This document shows positions 1-13,700 of a stretch of DNA of 64,000 bases, piece by piece. The translations under genes were made by a program, and so were the position numbers. Each line of letters begins with the position of its first letter. The stretch's first letter is position 1. Source of the DNA: Macrostomum hystrix (Eukaryota; Animalia; Platyhelminthes). The stretch spans positions 5,890,001 through 5,954,000 of the forward strand of contig CATNEN010000025.1 of the NCBI GenBank assembly GCA_950097015.1, given 5' to 3'. A model generated the notes under the pieces. It searched no databases, had not been told where the DNA came from, and worked only from the letters and a program-made list of their open reading frames with translations.

Positions 1-207
1 CCTAAGGTTTATCCCCTATCCGATCCCAGATCCTAAGGTTTATCCCCTATCTGATCCCAAATCCTAAGGTTTATCCCCTATCTGATCCCAAATCCTAAGG
101 TTTATCCCCTTTCTGATCCCAGATCCTAAGGTTTATCCCCTATCCGATCCCAGATCCTAGGGTTTATCCCGTATCTGATCCCAGATCCTAAGGTTTATCC
201 CCTATCC
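1..207. repeat. Minisatellite, ~31-bp unit (cctaaggtttatcccctatccgatcccagat), truncated by window start
   Basis: About 6.5 near-identical units read directly in the sequence. Confidence 0.95.
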
Positions 208-1844
208 TTCCTCATGTATTTCCCGTATCCTAGCTTAAATCCGCAGTTATTATACTATCAAATAAAATACCGGTAAATAATCCGTACAAAGCAATAATAA
301 TAGTTGGAATTTGTTCTATGGCTTTCTATTATCGCGCCTGCTATTAATTTGTTTAAATAAACCATTCGCACTACTGCTTACCCTACAAAAGTAGTGTGCT
401 CAGTTATCTGGCGTCGATTCTATGTAACCGCGAACTCAGAAATCTCTGTGGCGCATTGCTGCGCTCTTGTTTTCTTGTCCTAAATAGTCAATTCGCAATG
501 AGTCCCAGAGCTGCTGGCAGCAGCTGCGATTTCCACATCCCCCGAGCCCATATAATCCCATTCTTCATGGCATCCCCCACTAGCGGCAGGTATTCTTCCA
601 CTGACAGAATTGATGAATTGAGGCCGCGTGGACTCACTTCGTCTTACTCCAAACTGGACGAATTGGGGAGGGGGAGAAAGGATTGGGAAGGGTAGGTGTG
701 ACGCCACCTGAGACCCGGCTGGCTCCTGTTTGGTGTCTGATAAGTGAGAAGTCACAATTACAGCCTTTATTTAGGATGGATGAGTTGGGGGAGACATTTG
801 GCTAGAAATTGGGCCAACTTATCCCTTTCCCACACCTGGAGCAGGGAGGAAGAAGCTGACGTGAAACATTAGTCTTCTTTTTATTTATAATCCGGCTGAC
901 AAAGATTTTCTGGTGCCCACTTTTTTCTTCTCCTAAGCCTTTTAGAATTAGTTTGTTAATTAAAGTTTTCCTTTGTCCTTTAACCAGCTTGCTTCTTGAG
1001 AAAGGGCTAAATAAACCCCATGTAAAAGGAGGAATTCTAGATTTTCAACTCCGACAAGGTCTAGGATTGGAATCTAGTTGTAGAATGTGGGATCAGAGAA
1101 TTGTTGTGAGTTGTCGTGAAGTATTCTCCTACGACAGTGCAAATTAGTAATTTGGAGCAGATGTACCTGCGTACAGTATCTGGCCCATGATCCTTGCAGT
1201 GAATGTCACTAACGCTCGTTATTGGCTGGTTAGAAATGGGGTTGCTTGTGTCGGACCCCAGTCCATGGACTGAATAGTTTGTACGCAGCCTTTGGACTCA
1301 AATCGCTTCTATCATTTATCAATCTAGCTGGTACATAATCGCTTAGTAAAACTGCGAGTACAAAAATTATGGGGGAATCTGAATATTATTTCGATCTACA
1401 CTGGCCCCTGTCCCATCTGAGTTAGATAGATTATCTTGATTATTCGATCGTTGACTTTAAAGCTGGCCTTTCTGTCGTTCTGTTTTCGCGGCGGCGGTGG
1501 CGTGGAGAGGACTCAGGGTACACGAGCTCCAGAGATGGGGCCGCGACTGGGCGGGCCCGCCACAAGAGGCGGCTAATGAGGCCCAGGATTCTCTATAGTC
1601 ACTTCCCATTCCGTTTCTCCCGGCGGTCTCTCTTGGAGAGACCATCTCGGAGTGGGCCTGGGATTTGTTGAGCAGGATACGAAGTGAAGCCTAAAAAAAG
1701 GACTAAATTTAAACTTGTCTGTCAGGAATTGCACAAGTTGCTTCAGCTAACTGACTTAAGCTTAATTCCGCATATATTGCAGACGTGTTAGCGTGGCTGC
1801 GATTGGGAAAAATATTTCTTTGTAAATATGTAGATAAGAGATAT

Positions 1845-2375
1845 AGTGATTGAATGACTCTGGATGAGATAGATTGTGACTAAATCAGTCTATGGATGAG
1901 AATAGATAATGAATGATCAGTCTATATATGAGATAGATATTGACTGAACCAGTCTATAGATGAAATAGATAATAAATGATGAGTCTATAGATGAAATAGA
2001 TAATAAATTATGAGTCTATAGATGAAAAAGATAATGAATGATCAGTCTATAGATGAGATAGATAATAAATGATGAGTCTATAGATGAAATAGATACTAAA
2101 TGATGAGTTTATAGATGAAATAGATAATGAATGATGAGTCTATAGATGAAATAGATAATGAATGATCAGTCTATAGATGAGATAGATAATAAATGATGAG
2201 TCTATAGATGAAATAGATACTAAATGATGAGTTTATAGATGAAATAGATAATGAATGATGAGTTTATAGATGAAATAGATAATAAATGATCAGTCTATAG
2301 ATGAGATAGATAATAAATGATGAGTCTATAGATGAAATAGATAATAAATGATTAGTCTATAGATGAGATAGATGG
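1845..2375. repeat. AT-rich minisatellite, ~31-bp unit (gagtctatagatgaaatagataataaatgat)
   Basis: Repeated gtctatagatga core at ~31-bp period. Confidence 0.92.
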
Positions 2376-3371
2376 TGCCTGAAGCAATCTGCAGCTAAAA
2401 TTTGGCGCCAAATTCTACAGTTTGAATTGTATGGCTTTATAAATTGTTGCAATTGTTTCCCAATGCCAAGCTTGGAGCTGCAGTCAACCTAGAGTTTCTC
2501 GAATTCATCGGCCAATGAACAGGGAAAGGCAGGTTTTTTTTCAACCAGTTCCAACCGCATCGTCTGACGCCTCCCAAGCACGAAAACTCACTGGTCCGTG
2601 CTTGTCTCGTTTCCGTTATATATTGTGCAGTGGGAAGGACTGGCTTATATATGACGTGGGGGATAATGCGTGGGGAATTTTCACCAGTCCGACATTCTCC
2701 TCCCCACCGTAAAATTTTTAGCCGGATGCTTGACCAGATAGCTGCTCTTGATTCGAATTCTGCTGTCTTCTTTTTTTCGCTTGACCAGTTCGGCTTTTAG
2801 TGAGGCCTGGGTTTAGGGGGGGGCTTCCATGGGCTGTAAATCCTGCCACCGGATGAGGAAGCTCGAGCGAGATGCAACCAACTCCCCATCCTCATTCTCC
2901 CCTATACCCAGTGCGGCCCCCCAAACCCCGGCGTTTGGGAAAACAAAGGCTGTAATTATGTCCACCCGCCCAGCCCGAGACCTGATGAGTTCAGTGTATA
3001 CCACACTCAACAGGCGATAACCAGCAGCTCGAAGCGGCGGAAATGGACTGGCGGATCAACAGATCTTTGTGTGCCGAGTTTTAATCCCAAAGTCGCTTCC
3101 CTCCCCGCGTTTCCTCCCAAAGTTAAAATTTTCCTTTAAAGTTATTCTATTTTGTGAGGCTGGCGATACACTGCAGCAATGTGTTTGAGCTTTGATAAGC
3201 CAGTGCAGTGCCCCCAAATCTGTTTGATGCTCAACTGTCCTTTACGAGATATGTATGCCTAATCCTTATCTAATTCTTTTAATCATTCTAAAGCGCATTT
3301 TTTGTATATTGGAATGTGCAAATGGCAGATTCTGAAATGAGTTGCGATTTAGGAACATCCTATTCTAGATG

Positions 3372-4762
3372 AGCTCATCAAGCTCATCAAGGACCAGCTA
3401 ATCAAGGACCAGCTAATCAAGCACCAGCTAATCAAGCTCATCAAGGACCAGCTAATCAAGGACCAGCTAATCAAGCACCAGCTAATCAAGCACCAGCTAA
3501 TCAAGCTCATCAAGGACCAGCTAATCAAGCACCAGCTAATCAAGCTCATCAAGGACCAGCTAATCAAGGACCAGCTCATCAAGCTCATCAAGCACCAGCT
3601 AATCAAGCACCAGCTCATCAAGCACCAGCTCATCAAGCACCAGCTCATCAAGCACCAGCTCATCAAGCACCAGCTCATCAAGCACCAGCTAATCAGCTAA
3701 TCAAGCACTAGCTCATCAAGCTCATCAAGGACCAGCTAATCAAGGACCAGCTCATCAAGCTCATCAAGCACCAGCTCATCAAGCACCAGCTCATCAAGCA
3801 CCAGCTCATCAAGCACCAGCTCATCAAGCACCAGCTCATCAAGCACCAGCTCATCAAGCACCAGCTCATCAAGCACCAGCTCATCAAGCACCAGCTCATC
3901 AAGCACCAGCTCATCAAGCACCAGCTCATCAAGCACCAGCTCATCAAGCACCAGCTCATCAAGCACCAGCTAATCAGCTAATCAAGCACTAGCTCATCAA
4001 GCTCATCAAGGACCAGCTAATCAAGGACCAGCTCATCAAGCTCATCAAGCACCAGCTCATCAAGCACCAGCTCATCAAGCACCAGCTCATCAAGCACCAG
4101 CTCATCAAGCACCAGCTCATCAAGCACCAGCTCATCAAGCACCAGCTCATCAAGCACCAGCTCATCAAGCACCAGCTCATCAAGCACCAGCTCATCAAGC
4201 ACCAGCTCATCAAGCACCAGCTCATCAAGCACCAGCTCATCAAGCACCAGCTCATCAAGCACCAGCTCATCAAGCACCAGCTCATCAAGCACCAGCTCAT
4301 CAAGCACCAGCTCATCAAGCACCAGCTCATCAAGCACCAGCTCATCAAGCACCAGCTCATCAAGCACCAGCTCATCAAGCACCAGCTCATCAAGCACCAG
4401 CTCATCAAGCACCAGCTCATCAAGCACCAGCTCATCAAGCACCAGCTCATCAAGCACCAGCTCATCAAGCACCAGCTAATCAGCTAATCAAGCACTAGCT
4501 CATCAAGCTCATCAAGGACCAGCTAATCAAGGACCAGCTCATCAAGCTCATCAAGCACCAGCTCATCAAGCACCAGCTCATCAAGCACCAGCTCATCAAG
4601 CACCAGCTCATCAAGCTCATCAAGGACCAGCTAATCAAGCTCATCAAGGACCAGTTCATCAAGCTCATCAAGGCCCAGCTAATCAAGCTCATCAAGGACC
4701 AGCTCATCAAGCACCAGCTCATCAAGCTCATCAAGCACCAGCTCATCAAGAACCAGCTCATT
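3372..4762. repeat. 15-bp minisatellite (caagcaccagctcat) with higher-order block structure
   Basis: Perfect 15-bp period in the core; source of the LDELV/SWCLM repeat ORFs. Confidence 0.97.
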
Positions 4763-5726
4763 AAGGTATAAATTTATGCTTTCCAAAATGCCAGTAAAAT
4801 AATAACTGGTGAAGTTTTGCATATTTCTAGTCAGTTATCTGAAGTGCACTCAAACGAATTGGTGGATTTGATTGCATGATTTTGCTAATAATTCCACTCA
4901 TGAACTCCATTTTATTTATTTGTATAGAAACATGATTTAGACAAAAGTACAGACAGCTCGAGGCAGAGACGGAATCTAAGTGCCGCCGATTTTTTGGGAT
5001 AATTCAGGGATGCTTGAGATCAAAACTGCTGACAGGAAAGTGTGGCCGAAATATTCTATTGCAAGAACTAATTTAAAATACAAATTCAATTATAGGTTTT
5101 CTGCTTGCTTCAAAAAGAGTAACAAAAACTTTTTCAAAAGTTTCCAGCAATGGGCAAAAAGACACAACAATAAGGAGAACATGATCTAGTCGGATAGGAT
5201 CAGCTACTGACACAAATACAGAAGAGCTCGTTTCTAAGAAACTGTGTGAGTAGGGATTACACAGTTCGCACTATAAAACATGTCGCAATATGTGCAAAGT
5301 GCAAGCGCACTCGATAATTCTGTGAAATCAATCGATGCCAAATGTCTCGCATCTCATTTACTCAAAATTGCGTAAATCTCTCACCTTATGTAATCCAGTG
5401 CGGTGCGAATACTGTGCATTGTGCGCGACAAAGCTCAAAGAGATCAATCATATTTTTATAAAGGGGATATGTTGCAACAATGGGCATTGCAGAAAGTGTT
5501 GCCAATTTAACCCTATATTATGCTTGATCCTGGCTAAGAATCTACGAACTGTTTCGTACAGGATTTGTACACGACATTGTGCTCAAATGAGTTGCGCAAT
5601 ATATATTTAAACGCATCGATCGCGCTATCTGTCAGTTCGTTTGCGAGGCTTCAAGAACAAAGAAATAGTAAAATATATTCGGCGGTAACCTTGAAGAGAC
5701 AGAGTGACAAATTGGTGGGTGTCGGA

Positions 5727-8700
5727 CTAGCACTGCTGATAGTACACTCCCGGTATCGGGGCCGGGTAGTTGTACCAGTACGGGTTGCTTTGGTAACTGT
5801 AGCCAGCTGAGTGCCCCGAACCTGGCATGCGCTGCTGCTGCTGCTGCTGATGGTGGTGATGATGGTGATGGGTCTGTGGCTGCTGCTGCTGCTGTGACAG
5901 CGGCTGTCCGACTGCGTAGCCCGCAGCCGCCGCGGCCTCCATCTCCTCAGGACTCCAGGAGCTGAATGCGGCGGCAGCAGCCGCAGCGGCCGCCGCTGCA
6001 GCGCTCGACTGGCAATCCACAGGCTGCTGATGAATATGCTGATGATGCTGCATCTGTTGATGCAGGTGCTGCTGGTGATGGAGCTGCTGCAGGCCTGGCG
6101 AGTCGCTGGGGTGTCCGGGCCCGCAGAGCGAAGCGTCTCCGGGCGAGCCCTGGCCAGGCGTGGCGCCGCAGCAGCCGCCTCCGACACCGCCGCCTCCGAT
6201 GCCGACACCGCACGCCGCTTCAAGAGCCGCCGCCGCGGCAGAGTCTGTCTCCGACGGGCTGAGGGCTTCGTCTTTCATGTGGCCGCTTATCTGAAACATT
6301 GCATTGTCAAACTGTCACATGAGGGTTGCTGGTCAATCAAACTGTCACATGAGGGTTGCTGGTCAATCAAACTGCACCCACGAGGGTTGCTGGTCAGTCG
6401 AACAAGCGAGCAATCGACCAGGAGGGCAAACTTTGATATCCCGACCACTTGCACCAGCCTCACCTCCTTGTCATCGTCGTCATCATCTTCGTCGTCCTCG
6501 GCATTCATGGCGTTGACCAGCTGCTGAGGATCGTGGCCCTGCTTTAGCAGCTTCTTGTACTTCGACCGCCGGTTCTGGAACCAAATCTTCACCTGCAGAA
6601 TTAGACAATGTGTTTTATAATAGTTCGCTTTACAGTCAGTCATCTTGTCAACAATGTATCCCTGACCCAGTCCATTAGCGCTACAAACCGCATCTTTCAG
6701 TGTCAACAATCAGTGCCAAAACTGGAGAGGTACAATATACAAAATAAATCTCATAATCTGTTGAGTAAATTAAAAGCATATGAGCTCTGCCCAGTTGTAA
6801 TAACTACAAAAGTTGCCTAAACTCAATAGTCTCGACGAGTTTACACACCCCATGCAGAGCAGCAGTATTCTCAGATAGACAGACAGACAGGGTTTGAGCA
6901 TGGAAACAAAGCCTAGATAGAGACCAAGATGCGGCGAGCCGTCATGGCTGCAGGAGAATTTGCTGGTGGGCAGGTGACACTAAATAGTGCCACTGCTAAC
7001 ACATGCCCAAAGGTGGCCCAGCAGTGCAGTTTGGGGTGGTTGCCGGGGGCGCCAATGGCTTGGGTGGTAATTACATGCCTCTCATGATTGACATGAAGGA
7101 GCTCAGCTTGGAGAGGTCCGACATTCCTAAAACGCATACACACACATACTGTAATACCACAGATGGCACTTGTCGCTTGTTCAATGCCTTGCGTGCGAGG
7201 CTGTCTCAGCGGCAGACCCTCGAGCAGAACACGCAAGCGCGCACACCGGCTGCAGTGTGGGGTGACGCCGCTCTGTCTCGCTCGCGGCGGGTGGTATTAC
7301 TTACTCATATGCAACCATGAACGACAGCGACAACCAACAAGCGAAGCTCCGCCTACGGATTCGATTCTATAGCTCATAAGCCCTTCTGGCAGACCCTCAT
7401 ATATGAAACGAGACAGCGCTTCGTCTGTTTGAGATTGTGCCCTGTGCCACTGTGCAGAGCGGGCACAAAGTTTTCACATGATTGCTATTGTGTTTAAAAT
7501 TCTCTTCGGTTTCATTGTGTTGCTCATTGCTCATTGAGCCAGTCAATTGTGCATGTGTTGACATTCGAAACTATTGTAATGCTTTTGTGGATAGTAAATG
7601 TAGTTTTCTAGCTTGAAAGAATTCGAAAATTTACTTTTAAAAAGTTTAATTCTTAAAAATATGTTTAATTCTTAGAAACAAGTGATCCTAAAAAGTCTAA
7701 TTCTTATAAAAAATTGAATTCCTAGAAATAAGAGTGGTTCCTAGAAATTAGTGTGATTCTTGGAAAGAACTTATAGGAGATTCTAAAATTCTGAGACCTA
7801 GAATTTTAAAGGAAGGTGACTATAAGGAGCTGGATTCTTAGAAAATAGCGAGGCCTTGGAAGTGGGAATCATTGGGTTTTAAGAGTGGGATTTAGTGAAA
7901 TAAGCGAGACTCTCACATGAGACCTAGCATCTAAATGCCAATGGGGATCGTCATGCGGTAACTATGAAGAATTCTCTTCACCCACTTCCTTATCCCCCTT
8001 TCCGGATCCTCTTCAGGTATCGAGGCTTTTGTGGCCTGAAATCTTAGACTCAAAGAGATTCATTTTTTAATCGGGTGCGGCTAGCACGACTCAAACCCGT
8101 TAACGGGCCTTCTTTGCCTCCCGTTTCTCCGAAATTCTCCTATAAACACACCTGGCCTTGTGTTTATGACGTCAGGGAACAGGGGAGCACGCAGGCGAGA
8201 TCCCATAAGACACCATAAGCCCGGGACCCGGACCATCCTCGTAATAACAGGGCAGCGCGCAGTGAATTCGCCGGCCCTTTCAAATTTTGCGGCCTGTCGC
8301 CAGCGGCTCATCCTGCTCACCTGCCTTTGTCGTTCTTGCTCACACACTCATAGCGCCTTCTTCTTTTGAAAGAATCGAAGAAGAAAGTTCGTATATACCT
8401 GCCTGTAATTAGCCCGCCTCAGACCCTCCGATATCACATCCACCTGCATCCCGCACCCTTCGACCCCTTCGCCGATTCCCGAAACTTCTTTTCTCCCGGG
8501 GAAAGTCGGGTTGGGGGGATTGGAACAAACGATTTGAGCAGACTTTTTGAGTCAAAAAAGAGAGACAAGCCTTCGCCTGCCTCGGGGCGGGGTCCGACCC
8601 CCTTTAGCGACCGCTGCTCACTTGCTATTATTCACCGACAGAAAAGAAAGTTACTCTCCGAATGCAGCAATTTTGTACCGTTCCGCGCTAAATTTGCTTC

Positions 8701-11669
8701 AAGTTTTTGTTGCAAACAAATAACTATGATCCCGAGGGCTCTCCTGCATGTGGGGCAACCTATGCGGATTGCGGAGTAAAGGGGCCAGAGTCTATGCCTG
8801 CTGGCTGTCGCTTTAACTGGTCATAGGGATCTGTTTTCCTACCCCCTCTCTGGTCATAGGGATCTGTTTTCCGCTCCCCATTCTGGTCATAGGGATCTGT
8901 TTTCCGCCCCCCTCTCTGGTCATAAGGATCTGTTTTCCACCCCCCCTCTCTGGTCATAGGGATCTGTTTTCCACCCCCCTCTCTGGTCATAGGGATCTGT
9001 TTTCCACCCCCTCTCTGGTCATAGGGATCTGTTTTCCACCCCCTCTCTGGTCATAGGTATGTTTTCCGCTCTCCATTCTGGTCTTTCCGCCCTGTCATTC
9101 GATTGCTGTGATTTTACAGCCGTCCCACCTGAGTCTGGGTGAGTCCCAGGCTAGCAGCCAGCTCGGCTCGCTCTGGTAGCGACAGGTACTGCGTGCGCTG
9201 GAAGCGTTTGTTGAGCTGCTGCAGCTGCAGGCTTGAGTAGATGGTCCGCGGCTTGCGCATCTTCTTGCCCTTGACGCCAGAGGCCCTAACGTGCTGCTCG
9301 TCCATGCGAGAGTCTGCAGGCGGCGCGGGTTGCAAAAAATGGGATAATCGTAAATATTCCGGTTGGAGAGGCTTTTGCTCAAACCTCTGTTGATTCAGAG
9401 AGATTTTAATCACTGCTATCCTCACTCATCGATCTACAATGAGCAAGAGATTTCCATTTTAATTCTTGGTTCCCTCTTGGCTTTACAACAACCCTGATTG
9501 ATTAGTCGCTCACTCCACTGCCGCACACACATCCAACCTGTCCGTCTTTCTTTCCTCTACCTAGCTAGCGCGGTGAAAAAATATTGCCTTAAAATTACAA
9601 TTTTTTACTCCTTTGATAAAAAACTCTAATTTCTTCGTTGCTTTTTCTGGCGATCTAAATGATTCCTAAATCCCCATGGGAGAGGATCTTGCTAGGCGCG
9701 GATGTCAAGCCGTCAGCCACTCTCTGATATGGTCCAATTTCCGCACCCGGATAAAAGCCTTCACAGACGCACAAACAGAGGAACTTGGATAATTGCGATC
9801 TTGAATAAGAATCAACAATTAATATAGGGCCTATTCAGTTTATACATTGAATCCCTTCTCAAACTCAAGTTAAAGCTCCTGTTCTGCCCGTGTCCAACAT
9901 CCGTGACGATACTCGCTCGAAGCGCAATCCCGAGTCATCACTGAACCTCTATGCATGTTTTGATTTCGTCTTCTGATGTCGAACAAAAAATCTTTTTGAG
10001 ACGTGTTTAAGAAATGAGAAGCAAAAAACTATTCGAGCTATAAGTTGCATTCTTTTTTCTATTTCTTGTCTTTGTCCTCTATTTTCGCAAATCTGTAGCC
10101 ACAAGCATCAAGTCAAGCATGACACACTTTTTGGCTTCCTTGCAGGCCTGCTTAATCTGCCTCCTCAACAGCAGCTCCATCCAGGTGCCAAAGTTACAGA
10201 TATTCACCTTGGAAATGGAAGACTAACCCCGTTTAGCTTACAAGTCTTCTAAAAGCCGATAAGAGGCTATTTCTATATAATAAGCGTAGGATTTAGGATT
10301 AAAATATGCGGTATCCAAGCTACATACAATCACGAATCTAAGGCCAGGTAATTCAAAAAGCCCATCTAATGCACAGATTTATTGGGCACTGCGCAGGTCT
10401 TCTTAAATATTCACCTATTGCGGCAGCGCGTATTTAAGAGGCCTCTAAGCTTATATTATTATATATATTATAGTAATTTTCTGGCCTTTTGCGTGTTATC
10501 AAAAATAATAGGTCTACCTCTATACAGGTTAACAAAGAGATAGGTGTTACTTGATTTGACTCGTGAGAGGTGTGAAAAACGCGCTAATTGTATACTGAAT
10601 TTATTGTTCAATAATTAATAGCTTATCTAGAATGATAACATACTATATGCACAATAAAATTAACTCGATAAAAAAACTGCAAAACGTGCCGCATCTGATA
10701 GCAGGCAGTTATAGAGGCTTAACACATTTCTTACCTGAGCTAACAGGCCGCCTATCTTTTTAACACCTTGTAGCGATTCGCCGACATTTCAAATAACGGC
10801 CAAGAGCTTAATCGCACTTTACTAAATCTCTAAGATCTGTCTGTCCCTCGGGTATTATAACATGAAAATAATTTCACAGGGAGGCTTTGCGCACTTGCAT
10901 GGCCATTCCGCCGACTTCTGAGTTGAGCACACACAGGATACGTTTACGCAGGTGCACAATCGCACAGGTGCGTAAATTCCTAACTCATCGTCAAAGCCTT
11001 TTTCTCTGCGGCTGCGCTCAAGTGGCGAGGAACTCTGGGACTTGGTTTATTGCTCGCTGCGCACCCCTTGCTATGCAGGTTGTCTGCTATACGACAAAAT
11101 ATGCCTTTCTTAGAGAGGCCAACTCCGTAACAACGGCAACTAAACTAAGAGTCAGAATTCGGGACAGCTAAATCTTTTACTATATAGGGAGAATTTCGAT
11201 TGGGTCTCCTCTTATCTTACATCTGGAAAGAAGAATTCACTCATATTTTTAACTCGTGGCTAGCAGTGCAGCTCACCCTGCGGGCTCATCTTTAATGATT
11301 TACAGTTGCGGCTTGGAACCAAACAGAAGAGTTTCGTATTTCAATTGAAGAACACTCACCATCGCTTCTGATGCCGGACGCGAGGCCGACCACAGCGGCG
11401 TGGCCGAATGCCTGGCCGGCTGTGTAGTACGGGTGCTGCCCCGCCTGGTCCGTGTACGGGTTGTAAGCTGGGCCAAGGGGCGTTCTTGGGAAGCCGCCCG
11501 CACCGTGCGACTGCAAGGCCGAGGAATAGGCCGCAGCTAGACCCGCCGGGTAACTGGGCATCGACTGCTGATGCTGCTGCTGCTGCTGCGTGCCGCCGCC
11601 ATAATCAGCGGGCGGGGGGCTCGGCTCTCCCGGCTGGAAAGAGCCAGCCGTCAGTTTTAGTGTTTCCAT
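5727..11669 (-). CDS. Dlx: Distal-less (Dlx) homeobox transcription factor, ~395 aa; exons complement(11360..11669, 9129..9313, 6464..6592, 5727..6290)
   Basis: Homeodomain [45 protein letters not shown]|[15 protein letters not shown], split at the conserved Q/V intron. All junctions GT-AG with matching phases (1,0,0). Poly-Ala/Gln/His C-terminus. Confidence 0.93.
6305..6400. repeat. 30-bp unit x ~3 in Dlx intron 3
   Basis: tcaaactgtcacatgagggttgctggtcaa at 6307 and 6337, plus a diverged third copy. Confidence 0.85.
8818..9085. repeat. 32-33-bp minisatellite (ctggtcatagggatctgttttccaccccctct) in Dlx intron 2
   Basis: About 8 units starting ~45 nt from the exon 2 donor. Confidence 0.93.
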
Positions 11670-11744
11670 TAATTTGCGGCGCGCACACTCAGTCACTCTC
11701 TCTTCCTTTCGGTCGCTCCCTTTCTGTTTCTGCCTCTCTCTCGG

Positions 11745-12090
11745 AGCTAATTAGGCAAGTATTATAATGATTAGCGTGAGTAAATTACAATTAGAGAGGC
11801 AAATAATTACCGCCAAGCCAAGATTACTATTGACAACGCTTTAATTGTCCCCCCTAATCATAAGTGTTGGCCTTTAATAGGGACGGCCCTCTCCCAGCGC
11901 GCTCATTGGTCGAGAGGCGAAGCCCGGCCGGCGCGCTATTGGCTGGGGTAACTTTTTGGGGAGATGGCGCTTTGGGCGCCGGCGCTGGGTTAGATTTTTC
12001 AGAGCTGGCATCAGCAGCTCCACTTTGCATCTGCACTGGAAAGCAGGTCCGGTTCTCCCGAGTTTTTCCTATGCCATTTGAGACCAATCA
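11745..12090 (-). promoter_or_regulatory. Candidate Dlx proximal promoter/enhancer: TAAT/ATTA cluster and CCAAT boxes
   Basis: At least 8 TAAT/ATTA cores in 11745-11860; CCAAT/ATTGG near 11906, 11938 and 12084; lies just upstream of the ATG at 11669. Confidence 0.35.
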
Positions 12091-12869
12091 GCACTTTTCA
12101 CCTGCAAGGTAGTTGTTTATAGACAAGAGAAATTTAGCGAAAGAAAACTGAGCATGTGAGCAGACTACTAAATTTGCCGAAGCCGATTTAGACAACAGTT
12201 ATATTTGTAAAATTAATTTAAATCTAAGAGGGCATTAATACTTTCAATGTGTCCCCAATTGTTTTAAGTCAGTCGAGCTTTCTCATTCTAAAGAAAAGAA
12301 TAAAATATTGAAGTGTTTAATTCGTATACAACGTTGTCCATACTTACACACTCCAATGAAACTTTTTGATGATTTTTTTAGCAGCAATATCTCTCCCGTG
12401 ATTTAAATTAGCGCAAAGCTCATTAATCAGGTATACAGCTTAGATACTTTCATACCCATTCGCTCGTAGCAACATATAGCAGCCATAGACTGAGAACATA
12501 GACTCAACGGCAAAGCGAATGAGAAGAGAATTTAACATTGCGTTCTGTATTGTGCTCATATTAAATCTACAAAATAGAATTGCATGAATAAAATAAAGGC
12601 ATAAAAGCATTGATGCACCAGCACTATATAAAATAAGCCAGTGATGATACACTGCAGCTTTTATTTAGCTTTAACTCACCTGTCAAAGTCAAAATGCGTG
12701 TAAAACAGATATAGACCTTAGACCTCTTCTTTTTAACATATAGAGACTTGTTTTGTGGGTGACCATACTCTCTAAAACAGTGTTTATAGATGCTTACATA
12801 CAGCTCTTTTTAAACTGCTCATTGTTAATAAGATATGCCACAAGATACCCACAGCGATGTCGCTTTGTG

Positions 12870-13700
12870 TATATCCCACACTCCATCCCTCACTCTATCC
12901 CTCACTCTATCCCACACTCCATCCTTCACTTCGTCCCACACTCCATCCTACACTCCATCCCACACTCCATCCCACACTCCATCCCACACTCCGTCCCACA
13001 CTCCATCCCACACTCCATCCGACACTCCATCCCACACTCCACACACTCAAACTCCATCCGACACTCCATCCCACACTCCACACACTCAAACTCCATCCGA
13101 CACTCCATCCCACACTCCACACACTCAAACTCCATCCGACACTCCATCCCACACTCCACACACTCAAACTCCATCCGACACTCCATCCCACACTTCATCC
13201 TTCACTTCGTCCCACACTCCATCCAACACTCCACACACCCAAACTGCATCCCACACTACATCCTACACTCCATACCACACTCCATCCCACACTCCATCCC
13301 ACACTCCATCCCACACTCCATCCCACACTCCATCCCACACTCCATCCCACACCCCATCCCACACTCCACACACTCAAACTCCATCCGACACTCCATCCCA
13401 CACTCCATCCAACACTCCACACACCCACACTCCATCCCACACTCCATCCCACACTCCATCCCAAACTCCATACCACACTCCATCCCACACTCCATACCAC
13501 ACTCTATCCCACACTCCATCCTTCACTTCGTCCCACACTCCATCCCACACCTCATCCTTCACTTCGTCCCACACTCCATCCAACACTCCACACACCCAAA
13601 TTCCATCCCACACTCCATCCCAAACTCCATACCACACTCCATACCACACTCCATCCCACACTCCATCTCACACTCCATCCCACACTCCATCTCACACTCC
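12870..13700. repeat. 12-bp minisatellite (ccacactccatc)
   Basis: Dominant 12-bp period with variants; source of the HSIP/HPTL repeat ORFs. Confidence 0.95.

Noticed and set aside
350-1650. Coding-like GC-rich stretch on the minus strand, possibly a decayed TE ORF
   Set aside because: Broken by stops in all frames and no recognisable motif; cannot classify without a search.
3349-4761. Long repetitive ORFs (LDELV, SWCLM), and equivalents at 12753-13806, 45294-46122, 51211-53394, 57378-58591
   Set aside because: They are translations of minisatellites lacking stops in some frames; no splice or domain context.
5651-6527. Alternative-frame and antisense ORFs over Dlx, Irx and SMC1 exons
   Set aside because: Shadow ORFs caused by GC-rich, codon-repetitive exons.
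6913-7320. Overlapping ~105-aa ORFs in Dlx intron 2
   Set aside because: No family motif, splice support or TIRs; only a faint resemblance to a transposase fragment.
7900-8760. GC-rich island with short protein-like pieces (similar islands at 2700-3190, 13880-14290, 42090-42640)
   Set aside because: Possibly retroelement 5' remnants, but I could not align them to each other or find diagnostic motifs or termini.
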